A DNA stretch of 64,000 nt from IMG/VR virus record IMGVR_UViG_3300037455_000857. The stretch is one strand, 5' to 3'. This document shows positions 49,726 through 59,713 of the stretch, piece after piece; within the stretch, counting starts at the first letter, position 1, and the number at the start of each line of letters is the position of its first letter. The notes under the pieces are model-generated. The model searched no databases, was not told the DNA's origin, and was given only the letters and a program-made list of their open reading frames with translations. The DNA is from an uncultured virus (IMG/VR IMGVR_UViG_3300037455_000857). Its lineage: Duplodnaviria; Heunggongvirae; Uroviricota; Caudoviricetes. The translations under genes were made by a program, and so were the position numbers.

Positions 49726-50232
49726 TTATATATTGCGTATATTGTCAAAATCTTTGCTCTTGTAAATGAGCGTTGTGTTCTCTCTGTGGTTCGCCATAGT
49801 TTGCAGCATAAAGTCCGTGAAAGGCTGCGGCTTTAACATATTGTATCTGTAAATGGCGATTATTTGCGTGAGTTGCTTTCTTCCCATAATACTCATTTTG
49901 TTTTGCATCCGATTGTCTTCAAACGATTTCACCGACAAATAGCAGTAAGTTCTTGTGTCCTCGTTGAATCTGACGAACAGACCCTCCGAAAAATCCCCGT
50001 TGGTTTCCTTCGAATCGTAAAAAAGCAGGATGTCATTGTATTTATATTTGATTATGTCGCTATACGAAAGGTATATGTATGCGCTTATCTCTTCTATAGC
50101 CCATTCCTTTTCTATGATGACAATATCGCCGCTTTTTATTTTTCTTTTCCAACCATAGGATTCGGTTATGATGCCTTTTGCTATGTCGGCGAGTTTATCT
50201 TTTGAGATTGGTTGTATATTAAGTTTTCCCAT
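49726..50232 (-). CDS. Tagged protein, TGDIV domain, leaderless
   Basis: MG-KLNIQPISKDKL; IKSGDIV. Confidence 0.8.
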   Translation of the reverse strand: MGKLNIQPISKDKLADIAKGIITESYGWKRKIKSGDIVIIEKEWAIEEISAYIYLSYSDIIKYKYNDILLFYDSKETNGDFSEGLFVRFNEDTRTYCYLSVKSFEDNRMQNKMSIMGRKQLTQIIAIYRYNMLKPQPFTDFMLQTMANHRENTTLIYKSKDFDNIRNI

Positions 50233-50238
50233 AATATG

Positions 50239-50781
50239 CTATATGTCTTTGCAGAATCTGATTGTGAGTTTTGTTTCTGGGCTTGAAAACTGTATTGACA
50301 GAGGTATATCAGAACCTCTCAATATTCGGCAGGCTGTTCTGTATCCGCTTGCTGTCGGAGGGTTTGAGCAGAAAAACCAAGCCACTTGGAATCTTTGATG
50401 CACGCGGTCTGTCATACATCCGAGCATTTTTGCGCCGAAACCGTATTTGTCGCTGCCGCCGTCACCCTTTGCTATTATGTCGCTTCCGAAATCCAAAAGT
50501 TTCAGAAAATCGGTGGATGTGGGAAGCCTCCAACCTTTAGGGACGATTTTCATCGCGCCCTCATAGGTGTAGTAGTATGTGCCGTAGTCCCTCTTATAGT
50601 CAACGTTGTATTCGAGCGGGTTTCCGTCAGTACCGATTTCGATGTTCGCGTTCTCGGATGTCCATAAAAGACCGCCCAATTTCACAACGCCGAATCCATA
50701 CACGCCCCTGCCGAGACGTTCCTTTGAAATCGGCTGTATGTTGAGTTTCTCGTTGAATCGTTGTGTGTCGAGTATATCCAT
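50239..50781 (-). CDS. Tagged protein, FISUMP-like domain
   Basis: FNE-KLNIQPISKERL; WTSEN, PKGWRLPT, IRFCKD. Confidence 0.85.
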   Translation of the reverse strand: MDILDTQRFNEKLNIQPISKERLGRGVYGFGVVKLGGLLWTSENANIEIGTDGNPLEYNVDYKRDYGTYYYTYEGAMKIVPKGWRLPTSTDFLKLLDFGSDIIAKGDGGSDKYGFGAKMLGCMTDRVHQRFQVAWFFCSNPPTASGYRTACRILRGSDIPLSIQFSSPETKLTIRFCKDI

Positions 50782-50786
50782 ATCGT

Positions 50787-51260
50787 TTATATTTTACTGT
50801 GCCAAATCAACTTATAACTCTTCAGTGTCGGGTGCTTGAAATATTTGGCATCGAATGTCGTTTTCCCTATTCCGCGATACACGTGGTCTATGATATATGA
50901 AACAGACCTCAACTCGTCACGGACGACATCGTAGTCAAACAGTCTGTCAAACACGAATCTGTCTTTTTCCCAATGGACGAACACGCCTTCCCCCGCGTCA
51001 AATTCCAACGGTCTGAATCCTATTATGTCTTGGTATGTTCTGTTTTTCAAATCCTCGTATGAAACAAAAATGCCTATGTCGGACACGGGTATGTCGTATC
51101 TTCGGATACGCATAACGATGTCCCCCGTTTTGAAATTATCGCGCATTTCCTTTGCCGAACCGTATTCTTGCAATTCGGAAGCCGTGCTTTGCAGTCTCTC
51201 TTTTGAAAGAGGCTGTATGGATAGTTTCTCGTTAAGTTCACGTGTTTTCAGTATCTTCAT
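50787..51260 (-). CDS. Tagged protein, TGDIV domain
   Basis: LNE-KLSIQPLSKERL; FKTGDIV. Confidence 0.82.
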   Translation of the reverse strand: MKILKTRELNEKLSIQPLSKERLQSTASELQEYGSAKEMRDNFKTGDIVMRIRRYDIPVSDIGIFVSYEDLKNRTYQDIIGFRPLEFDAGEGVFVHWEKDRFVFDRLFDYDVVRDELRSVSYIIDHVYRGIGKTTFDAKYFKHPTLKSYKLIWHSKI

Positions 51261-51268
51261 AATTCCGA

Positions 51269-52345
51269 TTATATGTTTCTTACAAACCTCAACGACATAC
51301 CATATCGGATTGAGAGTTTTTCAACCCAAACGCCACCGTGTTCTGGTTTCAATTCTTTTCCAACGATTTTCACGCTTTTGACACTATCCATTTTCTGTGG
51401 GTCGTTTGCGTGTGGGCTATATGCTTCAAAAATGAGATTTGTGTACATATCCTTTCCTATGATTTTGTTGGGGGTATGTATGCCGAGGAGTTTTAGTCCA
51501 AACCCGTATTTGTCATTGCCGCCGTAATCCTTGGATATGAGGTCGATTATCTCGCCGTTGCATATCCCTAATGATTTGTTGATGTCATCCTTTGTCGGAA
51601 TCCGCCATCCGTTTGGCACTACGCTCACGGCGGCGTTGAACGTGTAATATATCTCGCCGTCTTCCTCGAAGTAGTCTGTTCCTTTGACAAGCGGGCTACC
51701 GCTGTGTGTGACAAGTGTTGTCGCGTTCTCTGCAGTCCAAATAAGATTGCCGATTTGCACGGTTTTTGTTTTCATTTTGTCCAAACGCTCGCTCGAAATG
51801 GGTTGGATTTTCAACTTCTCGTTGATGTCTTTCGGCTTGTAACTGAACACGGTACGGCATTTTCTGACGTAATTTTGGATTGCGACCAATGAAGCGCAGA
51901 ATAAATCTTCGCCCAATGGTTCTTTAAGCAAATCGTTTCTGAATATCTTATGGACAAATGTCACGCTGCGCAGAAGTTCTCTCTGCGGATATTTGTCGCC
52001 GTATGCCGAAATACAGTCGTATGTGAATTTCGGCGTGTTTCCGTGATAGTTCTTTCTAACAATTATGCCTTCCGATATATCATAATCATAAAGCGTGCTT
52101 ATGTCGAATATCTTGTTGTAATTGTATTTTTCAAGAGATTCTTGTGAAACATAAAAGTAAAAAGACGCTTCGTCAATGTCTCCGCCGAATTGTGAGTTGC
52201 ACATAACGACTATATCGCCAGTTTTAAGCGTGTGTTTCCAATCCGATGGCAATGTTGGACTTTGCAGTCTTTGGGCGATACGGTCTTTCGGTATCGGCTG
52301 TATGTTGAGTTTCTCGTTATATGCTTTCGTGTCAAGTATTTCCAT
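51269..52345 (-). CDS. Tagged polyprotein: TGDIV + FISUMP-like
   Basis: YNE-KLNIQPIPKDRI; internal INE-KLKIQPISSERL. Confidence 0.85.
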   Translation of the reverse strand: MEILDTKAYNEKLNIQPIPKDRIAQRLQSPTLPSDWKHTLKTGDIVVMCNSQFGGDIDEASFYFYVSQESLEKYNYNKIFDISTLYDYDISEGIIVRKNYHGNTPKFTYDCISAYGDKYPQRELLRSVTFVHKIFRNDLLKEPLGEDLFCASLVAIQNYVRKCRTVFSYKPKDINEKLKIQPISSERLDKMKTKTVQIGNLIWTAENATTLVTHSGSPLVKGTDYFEEDGEIYYTFNAAVSVVPNGWRIPTKDDINKSLGICNGEIIDLISKDYGGNDKYGFGLKLLGIHTPNKIIGKDMYTNLIFEAYSPHANDPQKMDSVKSVKIVGKELKPEHGGVWVEKLSIRYGMSLRFVRNI

Positions 52346-52350
52346 AGCGT

Positions 52351-53406
52351 TTAATCTTTTACAAGTCTTACGGGCAATGCGTGTACGCTTGTTGTTATCC
52401 AACTTCTGATGACGGAGTTGTCCGATTTGTTTCCGACCAAAGAGTAAGCCTTTCTGTATTCACCGTCACCCCACGGTTCGCAATCCATCCAAAACGTGAA
52501 AATCGAGTCGGATTCTCTGTATTTGAACCCGCAGTAATAATAACCGTCATAGGTTTCGTTCAGTCCGTATGTGTCATATCCGCCGCATTCCTTTGACGTG
52601 TATGCCGATATGTCGTCACCGCAAATGGCGATAAGTTTGATGACGTCCTCTTTTGTCGGCAAATGCCATCCATTCGGTATTATCGCCTTTGCCGTGTCGA
52701 ACTTATAATATATCTCAATGAAAGGATGCCCGTTTTTCGTTGTCTGTATCTCATAGTAGTCTTCCCCCGCTTTGAAATCGGAATTCGGTTCGATGACAAG
52801 GTTTTCGGCAGTCCACCACATATTTCCTATCTTGACGATGTTGCCGAGAAGCGGGTTGAACTGCGTGTTTATTTTGCTGTGCTTGTACTTTCCGAGCCTT
52901 TCTTTCGACATAGGCTGTATGTTGAGTTTTTCGTTGAGTCCTTCCTCCTCGTACAGACACACAGCCTTTGACCTATCTATCCGAGTGTTTGTCAAAAACT
53001 CCTTTGACGGGGTGCTTGTTAGATTGTATCTGTATATTCCCTTTATTTTCAAATTCGGGTTGGCAACGCCTTCCATACAGTTGTCCTTGAAATAACCCAA
53101 TCCTATATACGTGAAATAGTTGACATTTACGGGCGGGATAAGAAAGAATCCGCTTTTGCTTGCGAGGCTGTGTTCAATGTCGTACAGATTGAGGATATTC
53201 TCGTAATACCTTATATAGGTTTCATATCTCATAAAATAGCAAAGTGTGCTTTCGTCTTTGCTGAATTGGACAAGTACAGCGTCACCCGTTTGGAGTTTTT
53301 CCTTCCAACCGTTGCCGTTGTGTATCAGACGCATATTGGCGAGCCTTGCCTTTGACATAGGCTTTATGTTTAGTTTTTCCTCTATGTATTCCTCGTATGT
53401 TTTCAT
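52351..53406 (-). CDS. Tagged polyprotein: TGDIV + FISUMP-like
   Basis: MKTYEEYIEE-KLNIKPMSKARL; internal LNE-KLNIQPMSKERL. Confidence 0.85.
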   Translation of the reverse strand: MKTYEEYIEEKLNIKPMSKARLANMRLIHNGNGWKEKLQTGDAVLVQFSKDESTLCYFMRYETYIRYYENILNLYDIEHSLASKSGFFLIPPVNVNYFTYIGLGYFKDNCMEGVANPNLKIKGIYRYNLTSTPSKEFLTNTRIDRSKAVCLYEEEGLNEKLNIQPMSKERLGKYKHSKINTQFNPLLGNIVKIGNMWWTAENLVIEPNSDFKAGEDYYEIQTTKNGHPFIEIYYKFDTAKAIIPNGWHLPTKEDVIKLIAICGDDISAYTSKECGGYDTYGLNETYDGYYYCGFKYRESDSIFTFWMDCEPWGDGEYRKAYSLVGNKSDNSVIRSWITTSVHALPVRLVKD

Positions 53407-53408
53407 AA

Positions 53409-53972
53409 TCAGTTTTTTATAAATCTTACATTCATAAACAGACTTTTGTGTGCTGGACGCACCATTATTGATTCTGTTTTTGAAATCAAAATCGCTTGTG
53501 AATAGTCTTTCCCGTCAGATATGTGTCCGCAATCCCCGTTACACCATAATTGGTAGTCCTGCCCTTTGTATCGGACTACGCCGCTCTTTGTCACAAGCCC
53601 GTTGTATTTTCCGTTGAAATGCAACGAGTTGTTTCCGCCGCATTCCTTTGACATAAGGTTTTCCGACTTATAATCCGCAGCAGCACGCAATTCTTCGCCT
53701 TCTCGATATGTCGGAAGATGCCATCCATTCGGAACTACTTTCATCGCGCCGTTGTATGAATAATACACCTCGCCGTCAATAATTACATAATCAATGCCTT
53801 TGAGAAGGTTGCTTCCGTCAGCGCGTCTTGTCAAGCGGCAGTTCTGTGCAGACCAAATGCACGAGCCAATTTTCACAAACGGCATTCGTGCGGAATTCCC
53901 GTTCTTGAGGTCGTCTTGCTTAATGGGGCTTATGTTCAGTTTCTCCGATATGTATTCCTCGTATGTTTTCAT
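53409..53972 (-). CDS. Tagged protein, FISUMP-like domain
   Basis: MKTYEEYISE-KLNISPIKQDDL; PNGWHLPT. Confidence 0.85.
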   Translation of the reverse strand: MKTYEEYISEKLNISPIKQDDLKNGNSARMPFVKIGSCIWSAQNCRLTRRADGSNLLKGIDYVIIDGEVYYSYNGAMKVVPNGWHLPTYREGEELRAAADYKSENLMSKECGGNNSLHFNGKYNGLVTKSGVVRYKGQDYQLWCNGDCGHISDGKDYSQAILISKTESIMVRPAHKSLFMNVRFIKN

Positions 53973-53978
53973 AATCCG

Positions 53979-54494
53979 TTAATCTTTCACAAACCTCAAG
54001 TTGAGGAAATATTTTGATTTGTCTATTGATTCGAGATACAGTGTGTCAACCCGTTTCTCGCCGTTGAATATATACGGCACACCGTCAATGTCACACCAAA
54101 ACGAGAATCTTGTTCCGTTCACAATGTTCTCACCAACGTACACCTCGCCGCACAGTTTGAAATTCAGACCGTATTTGTCATAGCCGCCGTTGTCTTTGGA
54201 AATGAGGTCTGTCGGATTGTCGGTCAGTTGTCTGACCACGTTCACATCGTGTCCGTGCGGTATGTGCCAACCTTTCGGCGTTATGCGTTTTGCAGCGTCA
54301 AACGAGTAGAATACCTCGTTGTCATAAACGAAATAGTCCTCGCCCTTGACGAGACCGTCTGTTTTGTTGTAGTTGCGCGAAGACCAAGTCACCCCGTTCA
54401 CTGTTACGGGAAGCATAAGTGAATTGAGACGTTCTTTCGTGACGGGCTGTATGTTCAGTTTCTCGTTGAATTGCCGTGTATTCAGTATCTTCAT
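53979..54494 (-). CDS. Tagged protein, FISUMP-like domain
   Basis: FNE-KLNIQPVTKERL; PKGWHIP, LRFVKD. Confidence 0.85.
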   Translation of the reverse strand: MKILNTRQFNEKLNIQPVTKERLNSLMLPVTVNGVTWSSRNYNKTDGLVKGEDYFVYDNEVFYSFDAAKRITPKGWHIPHGHDVNVVRQLTDNPTDLISKDNGGYDKYGLNFKLCGEVYVGENIVNGTRFSFWCDIDGVPYIFNGEKRVDTLYLESIDKSKYFLNLRFVKD

Positions 54495-54516
54495 ATATGC
54501 GCTATATTATTCGATT

Positions 54517-55233
54517 TTATTGTAATTTTTTGTCATCAGTAACAACAATGCCGCCGACCCAACTTGGTTTGGTTTTTGGCGATTTCAATCGCGGGTTGTT
54601 TGAACAATAAAAGTTACCGCCGACTTTTTTCATTGCACCATTAATTGATATTATCTGATTGTATTCACAATCCAAATCTCTGCCGATTTCTATAGGTGCG
54701 TGTTTGAGTGATTCTATTTTGTTTTTACGGCAGGAAAAATTCTTTCCGACAAACCTTGGTGCGCCTTCAAGCGATGTTAAATTGTTGGCTTCGCAATAAA
54801 AACTGCCGTTCACTTTCTGCGGTGCGCCTTCAAGCGATGTCAATTGGTCATCATCACAAAAAAAGTCACCACCAATTTCCTGCGGTGCGCCTTTAAGTGA
54901 TTCCAATTTGTTGCCATCGCAGTAAAAATTTTCACCAATTTTCTTTGGCATACCGTAAAGCGATTTGAGTTTGCAATAATTGCAAATGACCGAGCCTTTA
55001 ACTATGCCGAATTTGATTTTCAATTTACCATTTTTATCAACTACACGAAAATCAATGGTGATGTCACCATCGCAGTCATATAGTCTCGACAATTTGTTCC
55101 ACACAAGTTCGTATTGGTTGATGAATGATTTTGCTTTATCATCAACCATTGGTTCATCAAACCTTTTGTCGTCACCGACAATCGGCTTGATATTCAATTT
55201 CTCGTTGAATTGCTGTGTGTTCAGTACCTTCAT
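54517..55233 (-). CDS. Tagged protein, LRR-like 22 aa repeats
   Basis: FNE-KLNIKP; repeats of LTSLEGAPQKVNGSFYC type. Confidence 0.85.
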   Translation of the reverse strand: MKVLNTQQFNEKLNIKPIVGDDKRFDEPMVDDKAKSFINQYELVWNKLSRLYDCDGDITIDFRVVDKNGKLKIKFGIVKGSVICNYCKLKSLYGMPKKIGENFYCDGNKLESLKGAPQEIGGDFFCDDDQLTSLEGAPQKVNGSFYCEANNLTSLEGAPRFVGKNFSCRKNKIESLKHAPIEIGRDLDCEYNQIISINGAMKKVGGNFYCSNNPRLKSPKTKPSWVGGIVVTDDKKLQ

Positions 55234-55252
55234 ATATGCGCTATATATTACA

Positions 55253-55705
55253 TTATTTATCCCTTTGCCAAATAAGTTCCATATCATCTCTGTTTATCGG
55301 CGGGTCTATGAAATAAACTGAAGGATATGGTTGTTCCGATTTGCCTCTGTATATAGACATAACTTTTTTGATTGTGAACGACTTTGTGTCAACAAGGTTG
55401 ATGTCGAAACGTGAAAGAGGCATCGTGATAAACCTGCTCTGTTTCTTGCTGTATGCCACGAATCCTCCATCCGAATATTCTTCACCGAACATACCTATCT
55501 TTGACGGATAATGTTCATTGCAATCCTCTTTTGATATGTAAACGTATGGGATGTTTTTTGTTGACGGGCTGAAATCGATGTCAATCACAACGAAGTCGCC
55601 GCTTTGCAGAAGTCGCTTCGGTGTCTTTGTGTTTTTCAGTCGTTCCTTGCTTATCGGCTGTATGTTGAGTCTTTCGTTAAATTGCTTTAAGTCAAGTATT
55701 TCCAT
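55253..55705 (-). CDS. Tagged protein, TGDIV domain
   Basis: FNE-RLNIQPISKERL; LQSGDFV. Confidence 0.82.
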   Translation of the reverse strand: MEILDLKQFNERLNIQPISKERLKNTKTPKRLLQSGDFVVIDIDFSPSTKNIPYVYISKEDCNEHYPSKIGMFGEEYSDGGFVAYSKKQSRFITMPLSRFDINLVDTKSFTIKKVMSIYRGKSEQPYPSVYFIDPPINRDDMELIWQRDK

Positions 55706-55706
55706 A

Positions 55707-56726
55707 TTAAAAGTCATATATTGATTTTTCCATTTGTGTAAAGTCCTGCTTGTATTTTTTCAATGCATCCAACTCTTCTTTTGTGTATGGTCGAATCCAT
55801 ATCTTTTCACCCTCATTTGACGGATTGTGGAAATATTTTACGTCCAACGGCTGTTTTATGTTTTTGTTCCTTATGATAAGGTCAAGAACAATGCCTTTCA
55901 ATGTTTTCCTTGTTTCCTCAAGTCTTTCATTGAAATTGGCAAGCCTTTCGTATTTGAACTCCACAGACTGTAAACCATTGTACTTGCCAATAATATTTTT
56001 GGTTTTCGAATACACGAGTATGCCCGTGTCGCTTATCCAATCTGGTTCATAAAGATTCAGTTCAAGTATTTTTTCATAATCATATTTGAAATAATCGTCC
56101 TTTGATATAAACACATAGAATTGGTGTGTCTTTGTCTTTATATTATGTGCGAACACAACGTCTCCCGTTTCCAATCGCTTTTTCGGCGGGACGGATTCTT
56201 TTGCGAGACGTTCCTTGCTCATAGGCTGTATTGACAATTTTTCAGACACACTTTCGACAACTTTCAATGATTTGTTTTTCCATATCAGCCTGCCGTTGTC
56301 AATAGGCGGGTACAGTAAGTAATCCTCCGACAGAGGGAGTTTGATGCCGTTCACTCTGTATATCGCCGTTATGTAATGGTTGTCAAAAATACCGTTTGGT
56401 TCAAGATTGTCGTTGAATCCAGACAAGTGCATATAGGAATACGAGCCTTTCCATTTTACTTCGTAATGCAGCAATATTCCTTCCGCCGACTTTTCTTTTT
56501 GATAGTCGCCCTCAAGATACACATAATCCCTTATATTGTCCTTTTCTATGTAAACATAGGGTACTTTGTTTCTTTCGGTCAACTTACTTCCGTATTTCAT
56601 CACCATTACTATATCGCCCGTTTTCAGCATCTGTTTCGGTTTTAGCAATGTGTTTTTTAGCCTATCGTTTGATATTGGCTGTATGTTGAGTTTCTCGCTC
56701 AACTGTTCGGTATTCATTATCTCCAA
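55707..56726 (-). CDS. Tagged polyprotein: 2 x TGDIV
   Basis: Probable TTG start giving MEIMNTEQLSE-KLNIQP (alternative ATG at 56738); internal VSE-KLSIQPMSKERL. Confidence 0.82.
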   Translation of the reverse strand: MEIMNTEQLSEKLNIQPISNDRLKNTLLKPKQMLKTGDIVMVMKYGSKLTERNKVPYVYIEKDNIRDYVYLEGDYQKEKSAEGILLHYEVKWKGSYSYMHLSGFNDNLEPNGIFDNHYITAIYRVNGIKLPLSEDYLLYPPIDNGRLIWKNKSLKVVESVSEKLSIQPMSKERLAKESVPPKKRLETGDVVFAHNIKTKTHQFYVFISKDDYFKYDYEKILELNLYEPDWISDTGILVYSKTKNIIGKYNGLQSVEFKYERLANFNERLEETRKTLKGIVLDLIIRNKNIKQPLDVKYFHNPSNEGEKIWIRPYTKEELDALKKYKQDFTQMEKSIYDF

Positions 56727-58549
56727 GCCTCGTCCCATATAAGATTTGTTTTTTTCGCAATGTAGTTTATGTTTTCAAAAAAATTTATGTCAATATGCGG
56801 TTCAGCCGCAATTCTGTAAACGCGCAGGACTTTTGTGTTCAAGTTCATTTGCAGACTGCTGTTGTATTCTGAAAGGAAATCCCTTGTGAAATAATTTGCC
56901 TTTTCCAAAAATACAAACGCACCTTCTTCTGATTCTTTGTAGTGTGACATAGGCAGGAAGAAATTGAACAGTTTGTCGTACTTCCCGCTTGCAACGTCCT
57001 CCGCCGATATGAATACGGTGGCGATGTGACCTTTTTGGTTTCCTATGATTGCTATGTCGCCCGTCTTGAAATTAGCCCTCATATCCCACGGTGTTTTGTA
57101 CTTCACCATAGGAAATGTGTTTTTCAGACGTTCTTTGCTTATTGGTTTTATATTCAGTTTCTCGTTCATCTTCATAGGTCTTTTGGCGAAACCGTGTTCA
57201 GCAGTCCAATAGCATTCGGCGAATGACACGGGAGGTCTTTGTATGTATTCTATCGAAATCCTGCTGTTTTGGCTGAAGTCTTTTATCCGAAGCAATGCAG
57301 ACACATACAAAGGGTTTGACGCTTTTGAAACAAGTTTGTCGTCAATGTCCTCGATGTATCGCCAAACATAGGTGTTGTCCCCAAACGGACGGACAAAGCA
57401 CCCGTTGAGGTTGTATTCCTCCATTGATTTAAGCATTGAGCCAAACGGGTATTCTAAATGCTTTTGCTTCTTTAGGTACTCACGTGTCACATACACTCTG
57501 TAATGATAGTGTCCGCTTTCGTTGCATTGCGCTATGTCGCCGCATTTTATGTGTGTTCTTATATCGTTCACATCGGAAGCGGTTTTTGCGAGTCGTTTAT
57601 TTGACATAGGCTGTATGTTCAGTTTTTCCAAAACGGATACATTCAGACCTTCTTCGGGTGTCCAATAAATCTTTCCGTAATCAATTGGCGGTGCTTTGAT
57701 GTATTCATTCATCGCGAAATCATTTGGGTCAAACTCATTCAGCCTCCACAACGCCTCTATCTGTGCGCCTTTTCCGTTATTGGCGACAAGAGATTCGTTA
57801 TATGTTTTTATGACGCATATAGCGAAAACATCCCCGCTGACCGAATACACGAACCCGCCGCTTGAATTTTCCGTTTTCAGTTTTTGGTAAATTAGGTCAA
57901 ACGGATATTGATTGCTCTGTTTTTTGGCAAAGTCGTATGTTATAAACACGGCATATTTCGTATCGCCAAAGGTTTCGCATCGCGCTATGTCGCCGCATTT
58001 CAAGTGTGTTCTGATGTCGTTCATATCGGAAACGGTTTTTGTAAGACGTTCCTTTGACATAGGTTGTATGTTAAGTTTCTCGGACACATCGCCAATGCGC
58101 TTGTATATGATTTCCGATTTGTTTTTGAGCGACTTTATGTCCAAGAAAAATTCATCGTCAAACGGCTGCTCTATGTCAAAGCACCTCGCGATTTCAACTA
58201 TCTTGTCGCCCCACTTGTTTTCCATTTTGTCGTTCATATACCTGCTCAAGCAAGTGTAGGTGTAGCGGTCGTCCGTCCTATGGACAAGCACACCCTCATT
58301 CGCGTCTTTGTTGAACCCAACGGATGTTATTTTCAGCAGGTCGTTGTAATAGTATTTGTTCAAGTCCTCATAAGACAGAAATATGTATTCGTTCAGCATT
58401 CCGAGCATTATGGATTCTCTGTGATGTTCCATAACTATCACGTCACCGCTTTTCAAACGGTCTTTCCACCCAAGCCTTTCGATTATGCGGGCGTGTCGTA
58501 TTTTCATACGGTTTGGTGCTATGGGCTGTATGTTAAGTTTCTCGTTCAT
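56717..58549 (-). CDS. Tagged polyprotein: 4 x TGDIV
   Basis: Tags after MNE, VSE, VLE and MNE, one per domain. Confidence 0.88.
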   Translation of the reverse strand: MNEKLNIQPIAPNRMKIRHARIIERLGWKDRLKSGDVIVMEHHRESIMLGMLNEYIFLSYEDLNKYYYNDLLKITSVGFNKDANEGVLVHRTDDRYTYTCLSRYMNDKMENKWGDKIVEIARCFDIEQPFDDEFFLDIKSLKNKSEIIYKRIGDVSEKLNIQPMSKERLTKTVSDMNDIRTHLKCGDIARCETFGDTKYAVFITYDFAKKQSNQYPFDLIYQKLKTENSSGGFVYSVSGDVFAICVIKTYNESLVANNGKGAQIEALWRLNEFDPNDFAMNEYIKAPPIDYGKIYWTPEEGLNVSVLEKLNIQPMSNKRLAKTASDVNDIRTHIKCGDIAQCNESGHYHYRVYVTREYLKKQKHLEYPFGSMLKSMEEYNLNGCFVRPFGDNTYVWRYIEDIDDKLVSKASNPLYVSALLRIKDFSQNSRISIEYIQRPPVSFAECYWTAEHGFAKRPMKMNEKLNIKPISKERLKNTFPMVKYKTPWDMRANFKTGDIAIIGNQKGHIATVFISAEDVASGKYDKLFNFFLPMSHYKESEEGAFVFLEKANYFTRDFLSEYNSSLQMNLNTKVLRVYRIAAEPHIDINFFENINYIAKKTNLIWDEAWR

Positions 58550-58560
58550 TGTATTGTTGT

Positions 58561-59703
58561 TTATTTGTCTTTGCAGAATCTCAATGACAGTCTGTATTTG
58601 TGTTTGTCGGACTTGTTTATGGAATCAGTCCAAGCATTGCCTCTTGGGTTGTTCATAGTACCCATAACCTTTAACATATAGGCTAAAGGTTTTCTTATTG
58701 TGCCGAATTGTGAAATATCGTTATAGTAATGTTCAACCCAAAACTCTGTGTATTTGTCGTTACCAAGTCTGTGTGTGTCGTAAAGCACGCCAATAAGTTT
58801 GGCGCAGAATCCCAATTCGTCACTTCCGCCGTATTCTTTGGATACGAGCGAAAGATAGTTTCTATCAGAAACGCAGTCGAGAAGGTCATCGCAGTCTTTG
58901 ACTGTCGGTATTCTCCATCCTTTTGGAATAACGAGTTTTGCCGCGTTCATTGAATAGAAAATCTCCCCGTTTGCTTCAATGTAGTCGTTTCCTTCAACAA
59001 GAGGCTCTCCGTCATTTGTGAACAGTATTTTGGCATTTTCGGCACTCCAAAGTTTGTTGCCGATTTGAACACTTTTTATGTGTGTTGTGTTTTTGAGACG
59101 CTCGCTTGATATGGGCTGTATGTTGAGTTTCTCGTTTACGTTCTTATAGAACATATTGTAGATTTCCCGCAAGGCGTTTGTGTTTATGTCCGTGTCATAG
59201 AACGGCTGTTTCGGGACAATGCCTGGTCTGTATATCACGGATATTGCTTCAAACGAATACGGCTTCGGGGGTATTGCAATTGGTCTTTCGTCACCAAAAT
59301 AGTCTATGCACAAGAAATGGTGTTTGTGCGAGTCGTTTCCGCAGTATCTGTTTTTCTCCAAGTATTCGTGTATGTCCGAGCCGTATCCTATGAGAATGCC
59401 GTTTTTGATGTATTCCTTTCTGTTAGGATATAACTTGAAAAAGTCGTACAGTTTGTCGTATTCGTATTTCATATAGTCTTTGTATGAAACATATCTGTAC
59501 TTTTTTTCTATAAACGGTATGTTCGTGTTCTCGTGCATTCTCGTGACGACAACGACATCGCCGCTTTCAAGACGGCGTTTCCAACCATACCTTTCAAACG
59601 GGTCGGTACGCAGCGCGTCAGAAGCGTTTTTCAGCGCGTCTTTCGACAAAGGCTTTATATTCAGTTTCTCGTCTATATATTCTGTTGTTCCGAGTATTTT
59701 CAT
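58561..59703 (-). CDS. Tagged polyprotein: TGDIV + FISUMP-like
   Basis: IDE-KLNIKPLSK; internal VNE-KLNIQPISSERL. Confidence 0.85.
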   Translation of the reverse strand: MKILGTTEYIDEKLNIKPLSKDALKNASDALRTDPFERYGWKRRLESGDVVVVTRMHENTNIPFIEKKYRYVSYKDYMKYEYDKLYDFFKLYPNRKEYIKNGILIGYGSDIHEYLEKNRYCGNDSHKHHFLCIDYFGDERPIAIPPKPYSFEAISVIYRPGIVPKQPFYDTDINTNALREIYNMFYKNVNEKLNIQPISSERLKNTTHIKSVQIGNKLWSAENAKILFTNDGEPLVEGNDYIEANGEIFYSMNAAKLVIPKGWRIPTVKDCDDLLDCVSDRNYLSLVSKEYGGSDELGFCAKLIGVLYDTHRLGNDKYTEFWVEHYYNDISQFGTIRKPLAYMLKVMGTMNNPRGNAWTDSINKSDKHKYRLSLRFCKDK

Positions 59704-59713
59704 AAATTTCAGT

